Shown: in pieces, positions 41,783 to 52,582 of the stretch | Numbering within the stretch: the first letter of the stretch is position 1 | Layout: each line of letters starts with the position of its first letter | Assembly: GCA_963774405.1 (NCBI GenBank) | Contig: CAVZEV010000003.1 | Location: 6,386 to 70,385, forward strand | DNA length: 64,000 nt | Origin: an uncultured Solirubrobacterales bacterium | GTDB taxonomy: Bacteria; Actinomycetota; Thermoleophilia; Solirubrobacterales; 70-9 | Direction of reading: 5' to 3' | Notes under the pieces: generated by a model | The model's input: only the letters and a program-made list of their open reading frames with translations | Databases searched by the model: none | Told to the model about the DNA's origin: nothing | Translations under genes and position numbers: made by a program

Positions 41783-43268
41783 CCTCTTCACCCCCTGTTC
41801 CGGTGCGCCTTTTGCTCTCTCCAGGTGCATAAGGCGCACCGGAGGGGCTGGCGTCGAAGCCGAGGCCCTGCTCGAGGGCGTAGGCGGCGTCGAGGAGCCG
41901 GCGCTCGGCGAAGGCGGGGGCGGCGATTTGGAAGCCGACCGGCAGCTCGGGGCCGCCGGCGGTGGGCCGGGCGAGGCCGGCCGGGATCGAGATCGCCGGG
42001 ATGCCCGCGAGGCTCATCGGCACGGTGAAGAAGTCGTTGAGGTACATCGAGAGCGGGTCGGCGGTCTTCTCGCCAAGTTCGAAGGCGACCGAGGGCGAGG
42101 TCGGGGTTACGACGAAGTCGACCCGGTCGAAGGCGCTCTTGAAGTCGCCGGCGATCTTCGTCCGCACCTTTTGCGCCTGGCCGTAGTAGGCGTCGTAGTA
42201 GCCGGAGGAGAGCGCGTAGGTGCCGAGCATGATCCGCCGCTTGACCTCGGCACCGAAGCCCTGCGCCCGGGTCTGCTCGTACATCTCGATCACGTCGCCG
42301 CTGGAGGGAGCGCGCATCCCGTAGCGGACGCCGTCGTAGCGAGCGAGGTTCGATGAGGCCTCGGCCGGCGCGATCACGTAGTAGGCGGAGATGCCGTGCT
42401 CGGCGTGCGGCAGGGAGACGGTGTCGACCGTGCCGCCGAGGCTCTCAATCTTCTCCAGGGTCGCCTCGAAGACCGTGCGGACCCCGGCGTCGAAGTCCTG
42501 GCTGATCAGGTCGTCTGGAACTCCGAAGCGCAGGCCGGAGAGATCCTCGCGGTCGGGCAGGCCGGGCGATTTGGGCAGGCCGACCGAGGTCGAGTCGCGG
42601 GGGTCCTGCCCCTGCAGGATCACCAGCAGCAGGGCGGCATCGCTGACATCGCGGGTGAAGGGGCCGCACTGGTCCAGCGAGGAGGCGAAGGCGATCATGC
42701 CGTAGCGCGAGATCGCCCCGTAGGTGGGCTTGAGCCCGACGATGCCGCAGAGCGCCGCGGGCTGGCGGATCGAGCCGCCGGTGTCGGTGCCGATCGCCCA
42801 CGGCGCGAGGCCGCCGGCGACCGCCGCGGCCGAGCCGCCCGAGGAGCCGCCGGGAACTCGCTCGCGGTCCCAGGGGTTGAGCACCGGGCCGTAGGCCGAG
42901 TTCTCGTTGGAGGAGCCCATCGCGAACTCGTCCATGTTGGTCTTGCCGAGGATCGGCGCCCCGGCCTCGATCAGCTTGCGCACGGCCGTGGCCGTGTAGG
43001 GGGGCTCGTAGCCCTCGAGGATGCGCGAGCCGGCCGTGGTCGGCACGCCCTCGGTGCAGAAGATGTCCTTGACCGCGATCGGGGCGATGCTCGGCCGCTC
43101 GACCGCGATCGGGCTCGCGCCGCCGTCCTCGTCGCGCCAGAGGTAGGCATTGAGCTCGTCGCCGGCGGCGGCCCGCCGCCAGGCGTCGGCGTACTCGCCC
43201 GCGTCGAGATCGCCCGCGGCCATCGCCCGATGGGCCTCGAGGGCCGTCAGCGTCAGCAGCTCGGTCAT
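41775..43268 (-). CDS. gatA: Glu-tRNA(Gln) amidotransferase subunit A
   Basis: 497 aa with the amidase signature ...[14 protein letters not shown]... Confidence 0.93.
   Translation of the reverse strand: MTELLTLTALEAHRAMAAGDLDAGEYADAWRRAAAGDELNAYLWRDEDGGASPIAVERPSIAPIAVKDIFCTEGVPTTAGSRILEGYEPPYTATAVRKLIEAGAPILGKTNMDEFAMGSSNENSAYGPVLNPWDRERVPGGSSGGSAAAVAGGLAPWAIGTDTGGSIRQPAALCGIVGLKPTYGAISRYGMIAFASSLDQCGPFTRDVSDAALLLVILQGQDPRDSTSVGLPKSPGLPDREDLSGLRFGVPDDLISQDFDAGVRTVFEATLEKIESLGGTVDTVSLPHAEHGISAYYVIAPAEASSNLARYDGVRYGMRAPSSGDVIEMYEQTRAQGFGAEVKRRIMLGTYALSSGYYDAYYGQAQKVRTKIAGDFKSAFDRVDFVVTPTSPSVAFELGEKTADPLSMYLNDFFTVPMSLAGIPAISIPAGLARPTAGGPELPVGFQIAAPAFAERRLLDAAYALEQGLGFDASPSGAPYAPGESKRRTGTGGEEGG
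41799..41843. repeat. REP-like hairpin with 13-bp arms (CCGGTGCGCCTT family, copy 3) at the gatA/gatB junction
   Basis: TCCGGTGCGCCTT-N19-AAGGCGCACCGGA. It is translated as part of the GatA C-terminal tail ([18 protein letters not shown]). Confidence 0.85.
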
Positions 43269-43559
43269 CTATTCCTCGGCCTGGGGCGAGGGAACGCGGA
43301 AGGCGCCCTCGGCGGGATCGGGTGCCGAGGCGAGCGCCACCTCGGGCGGCAGGCTCTGGTGAGGCACGTCGGCGCGCAGGACGTTCTCCAGCTCGACCAC
43401 GTGCGAGGTCGGCTCGACGCCATCGAGGTCGAGCTCGGCGATCCGGTCGACGTGCTCGAGGATGCCCGAGAGCTCGCCGGCCATCCGCTCGACCTCCTTC
43501 TCGGAGAGGCCGAGGCGGGCCAGCTTCGCCACGTGCAGTACCTGCTCTCGCTCGATCAC
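43269..43559 (-). CDS. gatC: Asp/Glu-tRNA amidotransferase subunit C
   Basis: 96 aa: MIEREQVLHVAKLARLGLSEKEVERMAGELSGILEHVDRIAELDLDGVEPTSH... Confidence 0.9.
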   Translation of the reverse strand: MIEREQVLHVAKLARLGLSEKEVERMAGELSGILEHVDRIAELDLDGVEPTSHVVELENVLRADVPHQSLPPEVALASAPDPAEGAFRVPSPQAEE

Positions 43560-43603
43560 GGCGGCCGATTCTAGGCGGCTCGCCAGTTAGAGTCAGCGCC
43601 GGG

Positions 43604-44047
43604 ATGAGAGGCGAGCGCGCAGAGAAGTTCGTGGTCTTGAGCCTGCGGCTGTTGGCGGTCTCCTTCGCCGTCGTCGGAATCCTCTTCATCGCCGTCCCCA
43701 GCGGCGTCCTCGACGTGATCTCCGATGTCGGCGAATGGTTCGGCAACAGCACCAGGGCCCCGCACACCCAGGAGGACCTCTGGCTGGCGCTCGCCTTCGC
43801 CTACATGGTCGTGATCACCGGCATCTGTCTGGTTGCGCAGATGGACGTGGTCCGCTACCGCCCGCTGCTGCTCATTCTCGCCGCCGGCAAGACCACCTCC
43901 TCGCTCGGCTCGCTCGCCTTCTTCCTGGTCGACGAACACGTCTTCATCTACCTGCTCAACTTCCTCGTCGACGGCTTCCTCGCCCTGCTCTCGCTCTGGC
44001 TCTTCTCCCTGGCCGGCCGCATCGGTCGGCCCGCGGCGCCCGGCTGA
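43604..44047 (+). CDS. hypothetical membrane protein (about 4 TM)
   Basis: ATG at 43604. Hydrophobic segments include LRLLAVSFAVVGILFIAV, LALAFAYMVVITGICLVA, LLLILAAGKTTSSLGSLAFFLV and FLVDGFLALLSLWLFSLA. Confidence 0.5.
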   Translation: MRGERAEKFVVLSLRLLAVSFAVVGILFIAVPSGVLDVISDVGEWFGNSTRAPHTQEDLWLALAFAYMVVITGICLVAQMDVVRYRPLLLILAAGKTTSSLGSLAFFLVDEHVFIYLLNFLVDGFLALLSLWLFSLAGRIGRPAAPG

Positions 44048-44107
44048 CAGCGCCCGCCGGGGCTCTCCGCCGCCGAGCAGCGCACCCTGAGCGCGATCTG
44101 CGCGGCG

Positions 44108-46000
44108 ATGGCACCGGGCCTCGACGGCCTGCCCGCGGCCGAGCGCGAGCTCGACGTCTCCGGCCCGGTCGCCGAGTTCCTGCGCTCGGTCTCACCGCGG
44201 GCGCTGACCCGGATCAGGCTCGGCCTGCGCGCCTTCGAGTGGCTGCCCTTCCCCTGGCGCTTCAGCCGTCTCGACCCGGCCGGCCGCGAGGACTTCCTGC
44301 GCGGCATGGAGACGGCGCGGTTCGGCCTCTACCACGAGCTGCTGCTGATGGCCAAGGTCTTCGCCACGCTGGGCAGCGCCGTCGCGCCGGAGGTCGAGCG
44401 GCGGATCGGATTCAACGTGAGCTGCCGGCTGGCCGACGGCTCCCGGCCCGAGCCCGCCGCCCCGCTGGGCGCGACTGAGCCGGCGGGCGACGAAGAGGAA
44501 TGCGACGTGATCGTCGTCGGCTCCGGCGCCGGCGGCGCGGTCGCCGCCGCGACCCTCGCCGAGGCCGGGCTCGACGTGATCGTGCTCGAGGCGGGCGAGA
44601 GCTTCAACCGGGAGAGCTACCCGGAGGAACCGCTGGACGCGATCGCCGCCCTCTACCGCGACGGCGGCCTGACGATTGCCGAGGGGCGACCGCCGATCCC
44701 GGTGCCGGTGGCGCGCACCGTCGGCGGCACCACGGTGGTCAACTCGGGAACATGCTTCCGCGCTCCCGATCCGCTGCTCGAGGAGTGGAGCCGGCGCTTC
44801 GGCATCGAGTGGGCAACCGACCTCGACCACGAGTTCAGCGAGGCCGAGGATTTCCTCCGGGTCACCCGACTCGACCCCGAGCGAATGGGACGCAATGGGC
44901 AACTCGCGATGGAGGGAGCAGGCGCGCTCGGTGCTTCCGGCGGCCCGATCTCCCGCAACGCCGGCAGCTGCGTGCAGTGCAGCTCCTGTCCCTTCGGCTG
45001 CGAGATCGACGCCAAGCGCGGCATGCACGTCAGCTACCTGCCGCGCGCCGTGGCGGCAGGCGCACGGCTGCGCACGGGCGTGGAGGCACAGCGGGTCCTG
45101 ATCGAGAACGGCCGCGCGGTCGGGATTCGGCGTGGCGCTTTCTTCCCCCACGTCAGGGAAGAACGCCACACCCAGCAGCCGCATCCCTTTGCCGTGCGGG
45201 CGCGAGTCGCCACCATCGTCGCCGGGGGAGCGCTTGGCACGCCCGAGCTGCTGCTGCGCTCAGGCCTCGGCGGCCGTCGGGTCGGGCGCAACCTCCACAT
45301 CCACCCCGCCTGCTGGGTCGGCGCCCGCTACGAGGAGGAGGTGCGCGGCTGGGACGGCGTGATGCAGAGCTATTACATTGACCAGTGGGAGCCCCAGCGC
45401 CTCCTGCTCGAGGCCACCTTCACCCCGCTTGCCTTCGGTGGCGCCTGGCTCCCCGGCGTCGGCCACGCCCACCAACGCTCGATGCTCGAATTCGGCCACA
45501 TCGGCTCGATCGGCGTCCACCTCTCAGACCAGTCCAGCGGCCAAGTGGGCCTCGCCGGCGACGGCTCCCTCCGAGCCCGCTTCAAGCTGACGAAAGACGA
45601 CGCCGACCGCCTCACCTTCGGCATCGCCCGCGCCGCCGAAATCCACTTCGCCGCCGGCGCCACCGAGGTCTACCCCAACATCGCTCGCGTCGGCACGCTA
45701 ACTCCCGACAGGCTCGCCACCTTCGAGTCGACCCGCTTCAAGCCCTCGGAGTTGCGTCTCGAGGCATTCCACCCGATGGGCACCGCCCGGATAGCTGGCG
45801 AGGGCGACGGGGTCTGCGCCCCCGACGGCTCGGTCCACGGCACTACCGACCTCTACGTCGCCGACGCCTCCCTCTTCCCCACCTCCGTCGGCGTCAATCC
45901 GATGATGACGGTCATCGCCTTCTCCGCCCGTATAGCGGGTGAGCTCGCACAGAGGCGCCGGGTGACCCCTCCCAAAACGAGCGGCAGGAGCCGCTCTTGA
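44108..46000 (+). CDS. GMC-family FAD oxidoreductase (long-chain alcohol oxidase-like)
   Basis: ...CDVIVVGSGAGGAVAAATLAEAGLDVIVLEAG...HPMGTARI...LYVADASLFPTSVGVNPMMT.... Protein-like sequence (LSAAEQRTLSAICAA) continues upstream of the ATG as far as the upstream gene's TGA. Confidence 0.8.
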   Translation: MAPGLDGLPAAERELDVSGPVAEFLRSVSPRALTRIRLGLRAFEWLPFPWRFSRLDPAGREDFLRGMETARFGLYHELLLMAKVFATLGSAVAPEVERRIGFNVSCRLADGSRPEPAAPLGATEPAGDEEECDVIVVGSGAGGAVAAATLAEAGLDVIVLEAGESFNRESYPEEPLDAIAALYRDGGLTIAEGRPPIPVPVARTVGGTTVVNSGTCFRAPDPLLEEWSRRFGIEWATDLDHEFSEAEDFLRVTRLDPERMGRNGQLAMEGAGALGASGGPISRNAGSCVQCSSCPFGCEIDAKRGMHVSYLPRAVAAGARLRTGVEAQRVLIENGRAVGIRRGAFFPHVREERHTQQPHPFAVRARVATIVAGGALGTPELLLRSGLGGRRVGRNLHIHPACWVGARYEEEVRGWDGVMQSYYIDQWEPQRLLLEATFTPLAFGGAWLPGVGHAHQRSMLEFGHIGSIGVHLSDQSSGQVGLAGDGSLRARFKLTKDDADRLTFGIARAAEIHFAAGATEVYPNIARVGTLTPDRLATFESTRFKPSELRLEAFHPMGTARIAGEGDGVCAPDGSVHGTTDLYVADASLFPTSVGVNPMMTVIAFSARIAGELAQRRRVTPPKTSGRSRS

Positions 46001-46023
46001 CTGTTTTGGGAGGGGTCACCCGG
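45958..46023. repeat. compound hairpin with 21-bp outer arms and a 7-bp inner stem
   Basis: CCGGGTGACCCCTCCCAAAAC-GAGCGGC-agga-GCCGCTC-ttgact-GTTTTGGGAGGGGTCACCCGG. It encodes the last ~14 codons and the stop of the GMC gene. Confidence 0.9.
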
Positions 46024-46032
46024 CGCCCCTCC

Positions 46033-46674
46033 CTACGGACACTCAGCTACTTGGCGGTGGAGGAGGTGGAGGCGAGCTGGGAGGTGGAGGCGGCGGAGCC
46101 GAGGACGCGGGGGGTGGCGGAGGCGGTGTCGATGCGGAGGCGGAGGCGTCGTCGTCGTGTGCTGCTGCGGCGGCGTCGACCCCCCACCGGACAGCCGATC
46201 GGCCGCGTCGCCGAAGGTGATTCCTTCTTCTTTCATCGTGCTGTACCCGCCATATGCGATGCCGCCTGCAGCGATGAGGCCCAGGAAGATGCCAACACTG
46301 AGCGTGGCATCGACCGAGACGCCGCCATAACTGCCAAAGCTAGGCGGATCGATGATGCGGAAGAGGATCAGCAGGACGGAGATCACGCCGAGGACGGTGA
46401 CGATCGTGCTCATCGGGACCGATGGCTCATACGGCGAGTCGGCGAGGCGCAGGCCGGCCATCACCAGCGCGGCGACGATCGCGACAACGAGAACGATCGG
46501 GATGAAGTCGAGCGCGTCCCAGGCGCTGCCTCCGCTGCCCGGAACGCTGCCCGAGAAGCCGCCGACACCGGAAACTTCGACGCCGAACCAGTCGAAGAAC
46601 ATGAAGATGAAGAGCAGGATCGCCGAGCCGCCCGCGATCTTCTCCCCTGGACTGAGCTTGTCTAGATGTTCCAT
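46033..46674 (-). CDS. hypothetical membrane protein with a low-complexity C-terminal tail
   Basis: MEHLDKLSPGEKIAGGSAILLFIFMFFDWFG... has 4 hydrophobic segments. The tail frame is uncertain; an alternative frame gives an S/T/A-rich end. Confidence 0.5.
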   Translation of the reverse strand: MEHLDKLSPGEKIAGGSAILLFIFMFFDWFGVEVSGVGGFSGSVPGSGGSAWDALDFIPIVLVVAIVAALVMAGLRLADSPYEPSVPMSTIVTVLGVISVLLILFRIIDPPSFGSYGGVSVDATLSVGIFLGLIAAGGIAYGGYSTMKEEGITFGDAADRLSGGGSTPPQQHTTTTPPPPHRHRLRHPPRPRLRRLHLPARLHLLHRQVAECP

Positions 46675-46708
46675 CGATCCTCCGGTTGAGCTAGGGGTCG
46701 GGCCGACA

Positions 46709-47558
46709 CTACACCCGGGCTCGCGCGGCAGCCAACGTATTTACGAGCAGCATCGCGATTGTCATCGGGCCGACACCGCCGGGCACCGGAGTGATCGCGG
46801 CGGCGACCTCGGCGGCCGCTGCGAAGTCGACATCGCCGACCAGGCCGTCGTCGGTTCGGTTGACGCCGACGTCGATCACGACAGCGCCCGGCTTGATCGC
46901 GTCGGCGCCGAGCAGCCGCGGCGAGCCGACCGCCGCGACCAGCACGTCGGCGCGACGACAGGTCGCCGCCAGGTCGCGCGTGCGGGAATGGCAGACGGTC
47001 ACCGTCGCGTTAGCGGCGAGCAGCAGGCGCGAGACCGGAACGCCGACCAGCTTCGAGCGTCCCACGACGACCGCCTCGGCACCTTCGAGATCGACTCCCT
47101 CGTGCCGCAGCAGCTCCATCACGCCCGCCGGCGTGCAGGGCACGAGGCCGGGCATGCCATGCGCCAGTAGCCCGGCATTGACCGGCGTAAGGCCGTCGAC
47201 GTCCTTGGCCGGATCGATCGCGGCGACGACCCGGTCGGGGTCGATGTGATTGGGCACCGGCAGCTGCACGAGGACGCCGTCGACGTCATCGTCAGCGCCA
47301 AGCTCGGCGACCAGGCCAAGCAGCTCGCGCTCGCTGGTCTCGGCGGGAAGCCCGTGGTGCGCGGATCGCATCCCGGCCTCCTCGCAGGCCCGGTGCTTGT
47401 TGCGAACGTAGACCTCGGAGGCGGGATCGTCGCCGACGATCACGGTGACGAGCAGCCGGGGCGCGGCCCTGCTCGCCCGCGAAGGTCGCCACCTCCCCGG
47501 CCACCCGCTCGCGTACCGAGACCGCCACCGCTTTGCCGTCGATGATTCGCGCTGACAT
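46709..47558 (-). pseudogene. folD: bifunctional methylene-THF dehydrogenase/cyclohydrolase, frameshift near 47455-47461
   Basis: The N-terminus [34 protein letters not shown] is in ORF 47292..47558. The remainder (LLVTV)[23 protein letters not shown]... is in ORF 46709..47443. Confidence 0.88.
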
Positions 47559-47563
47559 CTTTC

Positions 47564-49830
47564 CTATCTCCTCCGGATCGGTGCGTAATCGGCCATCAGC
47601 TTGCGCTCGGTGCCGTCAGCGGAGAAGCGCACGACGACGACGCCCCCCGGCTCGACCGCCGTCACCACGCCGTCGCCGAAGCCGGCGTGGACGACGTCGT
47701 CGCCGGTCTGCAGCTCCAGGGTCGGGCCGGGATCGATCGGCGCCGCGGCTTCGCCCGAGTCCCAGCCGATGCCGGCGGCCGAGCCCGGCGCGCTGGAGTG
47801 GCGCTCGGTCAGCTCAGCAGGGAGCTCGTCGATGAAACGCGAGGGCAGGTTGCGCTCGGAGCGGCCGAAGAGGCTGCGTTCGCGCGCCCAGGTCATGTAA
47901 AGGCGCCGGCGGGCGCGGGTGATGCCGACGTAACAGAGCCGCCGCTCCTCCTCCTCTCCCCCTCTTCCAGGGCCCGCATGTGGGGGAAGGCGCCGTCCTC
48001 GCAGCCGAGGATGAAGACCGTGTCGTACTCGAGCCCCTTGGCGTTGTGCAGAGTCATCAGCGTCACCAGCGACTCCCGCTCGCCGTCGAGCAGGTCGTCC
48101 TGCTGGCTGTAGAGGGAGATCTGCTGCAGGTACTCCTCCAGGGGCGTCAAATCGGCGTTCTCGCCCTCCTGCTCGCGCTCGATGTCGAACTCGGCGGCGC
48201 CGGCGATCAGCGCCTCGAGGTTCTCGGCCCGGCCCTCGGCCTCGACCGTGCGCTCGGCCGAGAGCGCTTCCAGGTAGCCGCTCTCGTTCAGCACCGCCTC
48301 GAGCAGCCCCGCCACCGGACCTTCCTCCTCGGCCCGTTCGCGCAGGCCCGCCATCGTCTCGTAGAAGCGGCCGACCGCCTTGATCGCGCCGCCATTGAGG
48401 CCCGGAACCTCCTCGACCGCCTCGATCACCTCCCAGATCGTCTTGCCTGTGGTGTTGGCGTGCGAGGCGATCCGACCCTGGGTCGTGTTGCCGATTCCCC
48501 GCCGGGGCGAGTTGACGATGCGGGCGAAGGAGACCTGGTCGGCCGGGTTGGCGAGCAGGCTGAGGTAGCCGACCGCGTCCTTGATCTCGGCCCGTTCGTA
48601 GAACTTGGTGCCGCCGATGACCTGGTAGGCGACGTCGAAGCGGTTGAGCGTGTCCTCCAGCACCCGGCTCATCGCGTTGGTGCGGTAGAAGACGGCGACG
48701 TCCTCGCGCTCGACCCCCTCCTCCTCGGCGAGGCGCTCGATCTCCCCCGCCACCCAGCGCGCCTCCTCGTGCTCGTCGGAGAGCTCGGAGAGATGCACCG
48801 GCTCACCGCCGGCGATCTCAGTCCAGATCTCCTTCGGGCTGGCGCTCGCGGTTGTTCGACCACCGCGTTGGCGGCGGAGAGGATCGTCTGGGTCGAGCGA
48901 TAGTTCTGCTCGAGCTTGACCACTTCGGCTTCGGGAAAGTCCTGCTCGAAGTCAAGGATGTTGCGGATATCGGCGTGCCGGAAGCCGTAAATCGACTGGT
49001 CCTCGTCGCCGACCACCATCAGGTTGCCGTGCTCCTCGGTGAGCAACTGCAGCAAGCGGTACTGGGCGTGGTTGGTGTCCTGGTACTCGTCGACGAGGAC
49101 GTGGCGGAAGGTGCGGCGCCAGCGCTTGCGCGCCTCGTCGGAGACCTCCAGCGCGTTGACCGTGCGGACCAGCAGGTCGTCGAAGTCCATCGCGTTGGCC
49201 TCGAGCATGCGCTTCTCGTAGAGCTCGTAGGCCGCGGCGGCGGTTTCCTCGAAGACGCTGCCCTGCGCCTGCGGCGTAGGCGGCGGCGTCGACGAGCTTG
49301 TTCTTGGCGCCGGAGATCTGCGAGCGGATCGCCCGCGGCGGGTAGCGTTTCGGGTCGATCCCGAGCTCGTTCATGCAGCGCTTGAGCATGCGCAGCGAGT
49401 CGGACTCGTCGTAGATGGTGAAGCCGTGCGGGAGTAGCCGAGCCTCTCGGCGTCGGCGCGCAGCATCCGCGCGCAGGCGGAGTGGAAGGTGGTGACCCAC
49501 ATCGCCCGCACCGAGCGGCCGACCAGCGCCCCGACCCGCTCGCGCATCTCGCTCGCCGCCTTGTTGGTGAAGGTGATCGCGAGGATCTCGCCCGGCCGCG
49601 CCGCGCCCGGTCGCCAGCAGATAGGCGATGCGGTGGGTCAGCACCCGGGTCTTGCCCGAGCCCGCGCCGGCGAGGACCAGCAGCGGGCCCTCGCCGTGGA
49701 GCACCGCCTTGCGCTGCGGCTCGTTGAGCCCGGCGAGCAGGCGCTCGGCGCGGTCGGCGCCGGCTTCGATCGGGGCGGCGCCGCCAGGCTCGGGCCCTCC
49801 GGTGGTCTCGGGCTCGCTCTGCAGCGTCAC
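47564..49830 (-). pseudogene. pcrA: PcrA/UvrD-family ATP-dependent DNA helicase, at least 5 frame changes
   Basis: The pieces are [52 protein letters not shown]...[14 protein letters not shown]...NYRST, HLSELSDEHEEARWVAGEI...LMTLHNAKGLEYDTVF, and EEERRLCYVGITRA/MTWARERS. Shifts occur near 49603, 49437, 49268, 48850 and 47955. Confidence 0.88.
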
Positions 49831-50490
49831 CGGCCGAGCATAGCCCGCGAGCGCGGCGGTGAGGCGGCCACCGAGTCAGGCGCAGGCTTCGGCGCTTCTT
49901 CCACGCCTTCGGCGGTGCCGCCGAGCAACAGTTCTTCGACTTCGCTCTTCGCCGCCTTCTTGAAGGCTTCGACGAAGCAGCCGGCGAATTTCGGGGTCGA
50001 CTTTGCCCGCGCCGTTTTCGAGTTCCCGTTCGAGGCCTTCGATCAGCTTCGCCCTGTCGAACTTGGTGAACTTGACGATTTCGTCCAGCTTCCACTGGTC
50101 GCCGTCCTTGACCAGCGCCACTTCCAGCGTCTGTCCGTCGAGGCTGCCGCCCTTCAGGGCGACCTCGGCTGTCGCCTCGGAGCCGTTCGACTTCGACCGC
50201 GACGTCGACCGAGCCCCCTTTGCTCCTTCTCTTTCTCGGCTTCTTCTTCGCACTCGCTTGACTGCCGCCGCGCCCTTTCCTGCGTCGTCTGTTCGATGAA
50301 GTGCTGGGTGTTGAGCTTCTCGCAGTCGGCCGGATCGGTGGTCGTCGCCGAGGTTTCGATCGCTTCTTCGACTTCGTCTTCTGTCGCCCCCGCCGCTGCC
50401 GCAGGCGGCGAGCGCGAGGGCGGAGAGGATCAGGATGCAGGCGGAGGCAGCAGGAGACGCTTGCGCAAGCGGGTCCTTTCGAGTACGCAC
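49827..50490 (-). pseudogene. putative lipoprotein, at least 3 frame changes
   Basis: The GTG at 50490 is followed by the lipobox ILILSALALAAC|GSGGG. Plausible text appears alternately in different frames (EDEVEEAIETSATTTDPADCEKLNTQHFIE; ATAEVALKGGSLDGQTLEVALVKDGDQWKLDEIVKF; AGCFVEAFKKAAKSEVEELL). The last frame ends in a TGA that overlaps the pcrA GTG. Confidence 0.5.
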
Positions 50491-50512
50491 GGACGAGTGG
50501 GCGCAGGCTACT

Positions 50513-51247
50513 TCAGCCACCGGCCGTTGAGCGACCGGTGCGCTCGCGCAGCTCGCTCGTCGCGGCGCCGTCGGCGGGCGTCTCGGCACCGTCGAGCTCG
50601 GCCAGCCGCCGCTCCAGCTCGGCGATCCGCTGGGAGAGCGACTTGATCGCCTCGGCGATCGGGTCGGGCAGGTGGATCCAGTCGGCGTCGGGCCCCTCGA
50701 CCCGCTTGCCGTCGACCTTGACCGGGTGGCCGGGATTGCCGACCACGGTGGCGCCCGGCGGCACGTCCTCGATCACGACCGTGTTGGCGCCGATCTTGGC
50801 GCCGTCGCCGACCGCGATCGGGCCGAGCAGCTTGGCGCCGGAGCCGACGGTGACGTTGTCGCCCAGGGTCGGGTGGCGCTTGCCACGCTGAAAGCCGGTG
50901 CCACCCAGGGTCACCCCCTGGTAGAGCGTCACCCGCTCGCCGATCTCGGCCGTCTCGCCGATCACGACGCCCGAGCCGTGGTCGATGAAGAACTCGCGGC
51001 CGACGCTGGCCGCGGGATGGATCTCGACCCCGGTCACCGATCGGGTCAGGTAGGCAAGCACCCGCGGCACGATCGGCACCCGGGCCTCGAGCAGAGCGTG
51101 GGCGAGGCGGTGGGCGAGCAGCGCCTGCACGCCGCCCCAGCTGAGCAGGATCTCCAGGCTGGAGACTCCCTGGGCGGCGGGATCGCGATCACGGGCCGCG
51201 GCGACATCGGCGCGCACCTCGATCACCAGCCTCTTCCAGCGATTCAT
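50513..51247 (-). CDS. cysE: serine O-acetyltransferase
   Basis: 244 aa with hexapeptide repeats: ...[33 protein letters not shown]... Confidence 0.9.
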   Translation of the reverse strand: MNRWKRLVIEVRADVAAARDRDPAAQGVSSLEILLSWGGVQALLAHRLAHALLEARVPIVPRVLAYLTRSVTGVEIHPAASVGREFFIDHGSGVVIGETAEIGERVTLYQGVTLGGTGFQRGKRHPTLGDNVTVGSGAKLLGPIAVGDGAKIGANTVVIEDVPPGATVVGNPGHPVKVDGKRVEGPDADWIHLPDPIAEAIKSLSQRIAELERRLAELDGAETPADGAATSELRERTGRSTAGG

Positions 51248-52169
51248 GGTGAGAAGAAGGGTAGGGACACGTAGCGCTCGCCCGAGTCGCAGACGATCGT
51301 CACCACCCGCTTGCCCTCCATCTCGGGCCGCGCCGCCACCTCCAGCGCCGCCCTGACGTTGGCGCCGGCCGAGATGCCGGCGAGCACGCCCTCACGCTGA
51401 GCGACCAGGCGCGCCGTCTCCAGCGCCTCCTCGTCGCCGACCGAGACGATCTCGTCGATCACGTCGCGATCCAGCACCGAGGGCACGAAGCCGGCGCCGA
51501 TCCCCTGGATCTTGTGCGGCCCGGGCCTGCCACCCGAGAGGACAGGCGATGTCGCCGGCTCGACCGCGACGATCAGCGTCTCCGGGCTGCGCTCACGCAG
51601 AACCCCGCCGACGCCGGTGATCGTCCCGCCGGTGCCAACGCCGGCGACGAAGGCGCCGATCTCGCCGTCGGTGTCGCGCCAGATCTCCTCGGCGGTGGTG
51701 CGCCGGTGCGCCTCCGGGTTGGCCGGGTTGGAGAACTGCTGCGGCATGAACCCCTTGCGCTGCTCCGGATCTCCTCGGCCAGCTCGACCGCCTCGGTCAT
51801 GCCGCCGAGCGAGGGCGTCTCGCGCACTTCGGCCCCGTAGGCGCGCAGCAGCTTGCTGCGCTCGCGGCTCATCCCCTCCGGCAGGGTGAGGATCAGCTCG
51901 TAGCCGCGCGCCGCGCAGACCATCGCCAGGGCGATCCCGGTGTTGCCGCTGGTCGGCTCGACGATCACCGACTTCCCCGGCTCGATCAGCCCCTCCGCCT
52001 CGGCCGCGTCGATCATCGCCACCCCGATCCGGTCCTTGACCGACCCGCCCGGATTGAGCTGCTCGAGCTTGACGCAGACCTCGCCAGGCAGCCCCTCGCC
52101 GAGCCGCGAGAGCGTGACCATCGGCGTCTCGCCGACAACCGCGGCGGCGGTCAATCCAATCCGACTCAT
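51244..52169 (-). pseudogene. cysK: cysteine synthase A (O-acetylserine sulfhydrylase), frameshift near 51765-51775
   Basis: The N-terminal ORF 51573..52169 carries ...[16 protein letters not shown]...[10 protein letters not shown].... The C-terminal part of ORF 51244..52239 carries ...[15 protein letters not shown]...[10 protein letters not shown].... An ATGA overlap is present at both ends. Confidence 0.88.
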
Positions 52170-52582
52170 GATCGACCGGCCCCAATGAGACGGACAGGAC
52201 AGCCAAGGCCTTTCGCCTTCGCGACGTCGAGATCGCCACTCACCAAGAGTTCGATTTCGCCGTTAATCTGAGCCGTGGCTGCAATCAACGCGTCCGGCAT
52301 AGCCAACGCTGCGCTCTCGGCCCGCAGTCGAGCGGCGCAATCTCCAATCTCGATGTCGACCGGGACTATGGTGGAGATGAGGTCGGCGAAGAAGCCCACG
52401 ACCCGCTCCTCGTCGTGATGACCGAGCCGCGCGCCCGTGAGCACCTCCGCATAGGTGATGACCGAGACGAAAAGGCGATGGGAGGCGAGGATCTCGCGAA
52501 CCGCTTCGTCTGCGGCGTCATGCAGCTCGTCGGAGCGATCGAGAAACCCGACGACCACGCTCGAGTCGAGGACTACCGCCAC
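52166..52582 (-). CDS. vapC: PIN-domain toxin VapC
   Basis: 138 aa: [21 protein letters not shown]...ITYAEVLTG...DALIAATA.... The stop overlaps the cysK ATG (ATGA). Confidence 0.8.
   Translation of the reverse strand: MAVVLDSSVVVGFLDRSDELHDAADEAVREILASHRLFVSVITYAEVLTGARLGHHDEERVVGFFADLISTIVPVDIEIGDCAARLRAESAALAMPDALIAATAQINGEIELLVSGDLDVAKAKGLGCPVRLIGAGRS

Noticed and set aside
44045-44047. TGA between the membrane protein and the GMC oxidoreductase as selenocysteine or programmed read-through.
   Set aside because: No SECIS-like hairpin follows immediately downstream and there is no selenoprotein context. A lost start codon or an indel is the simpler explanation.
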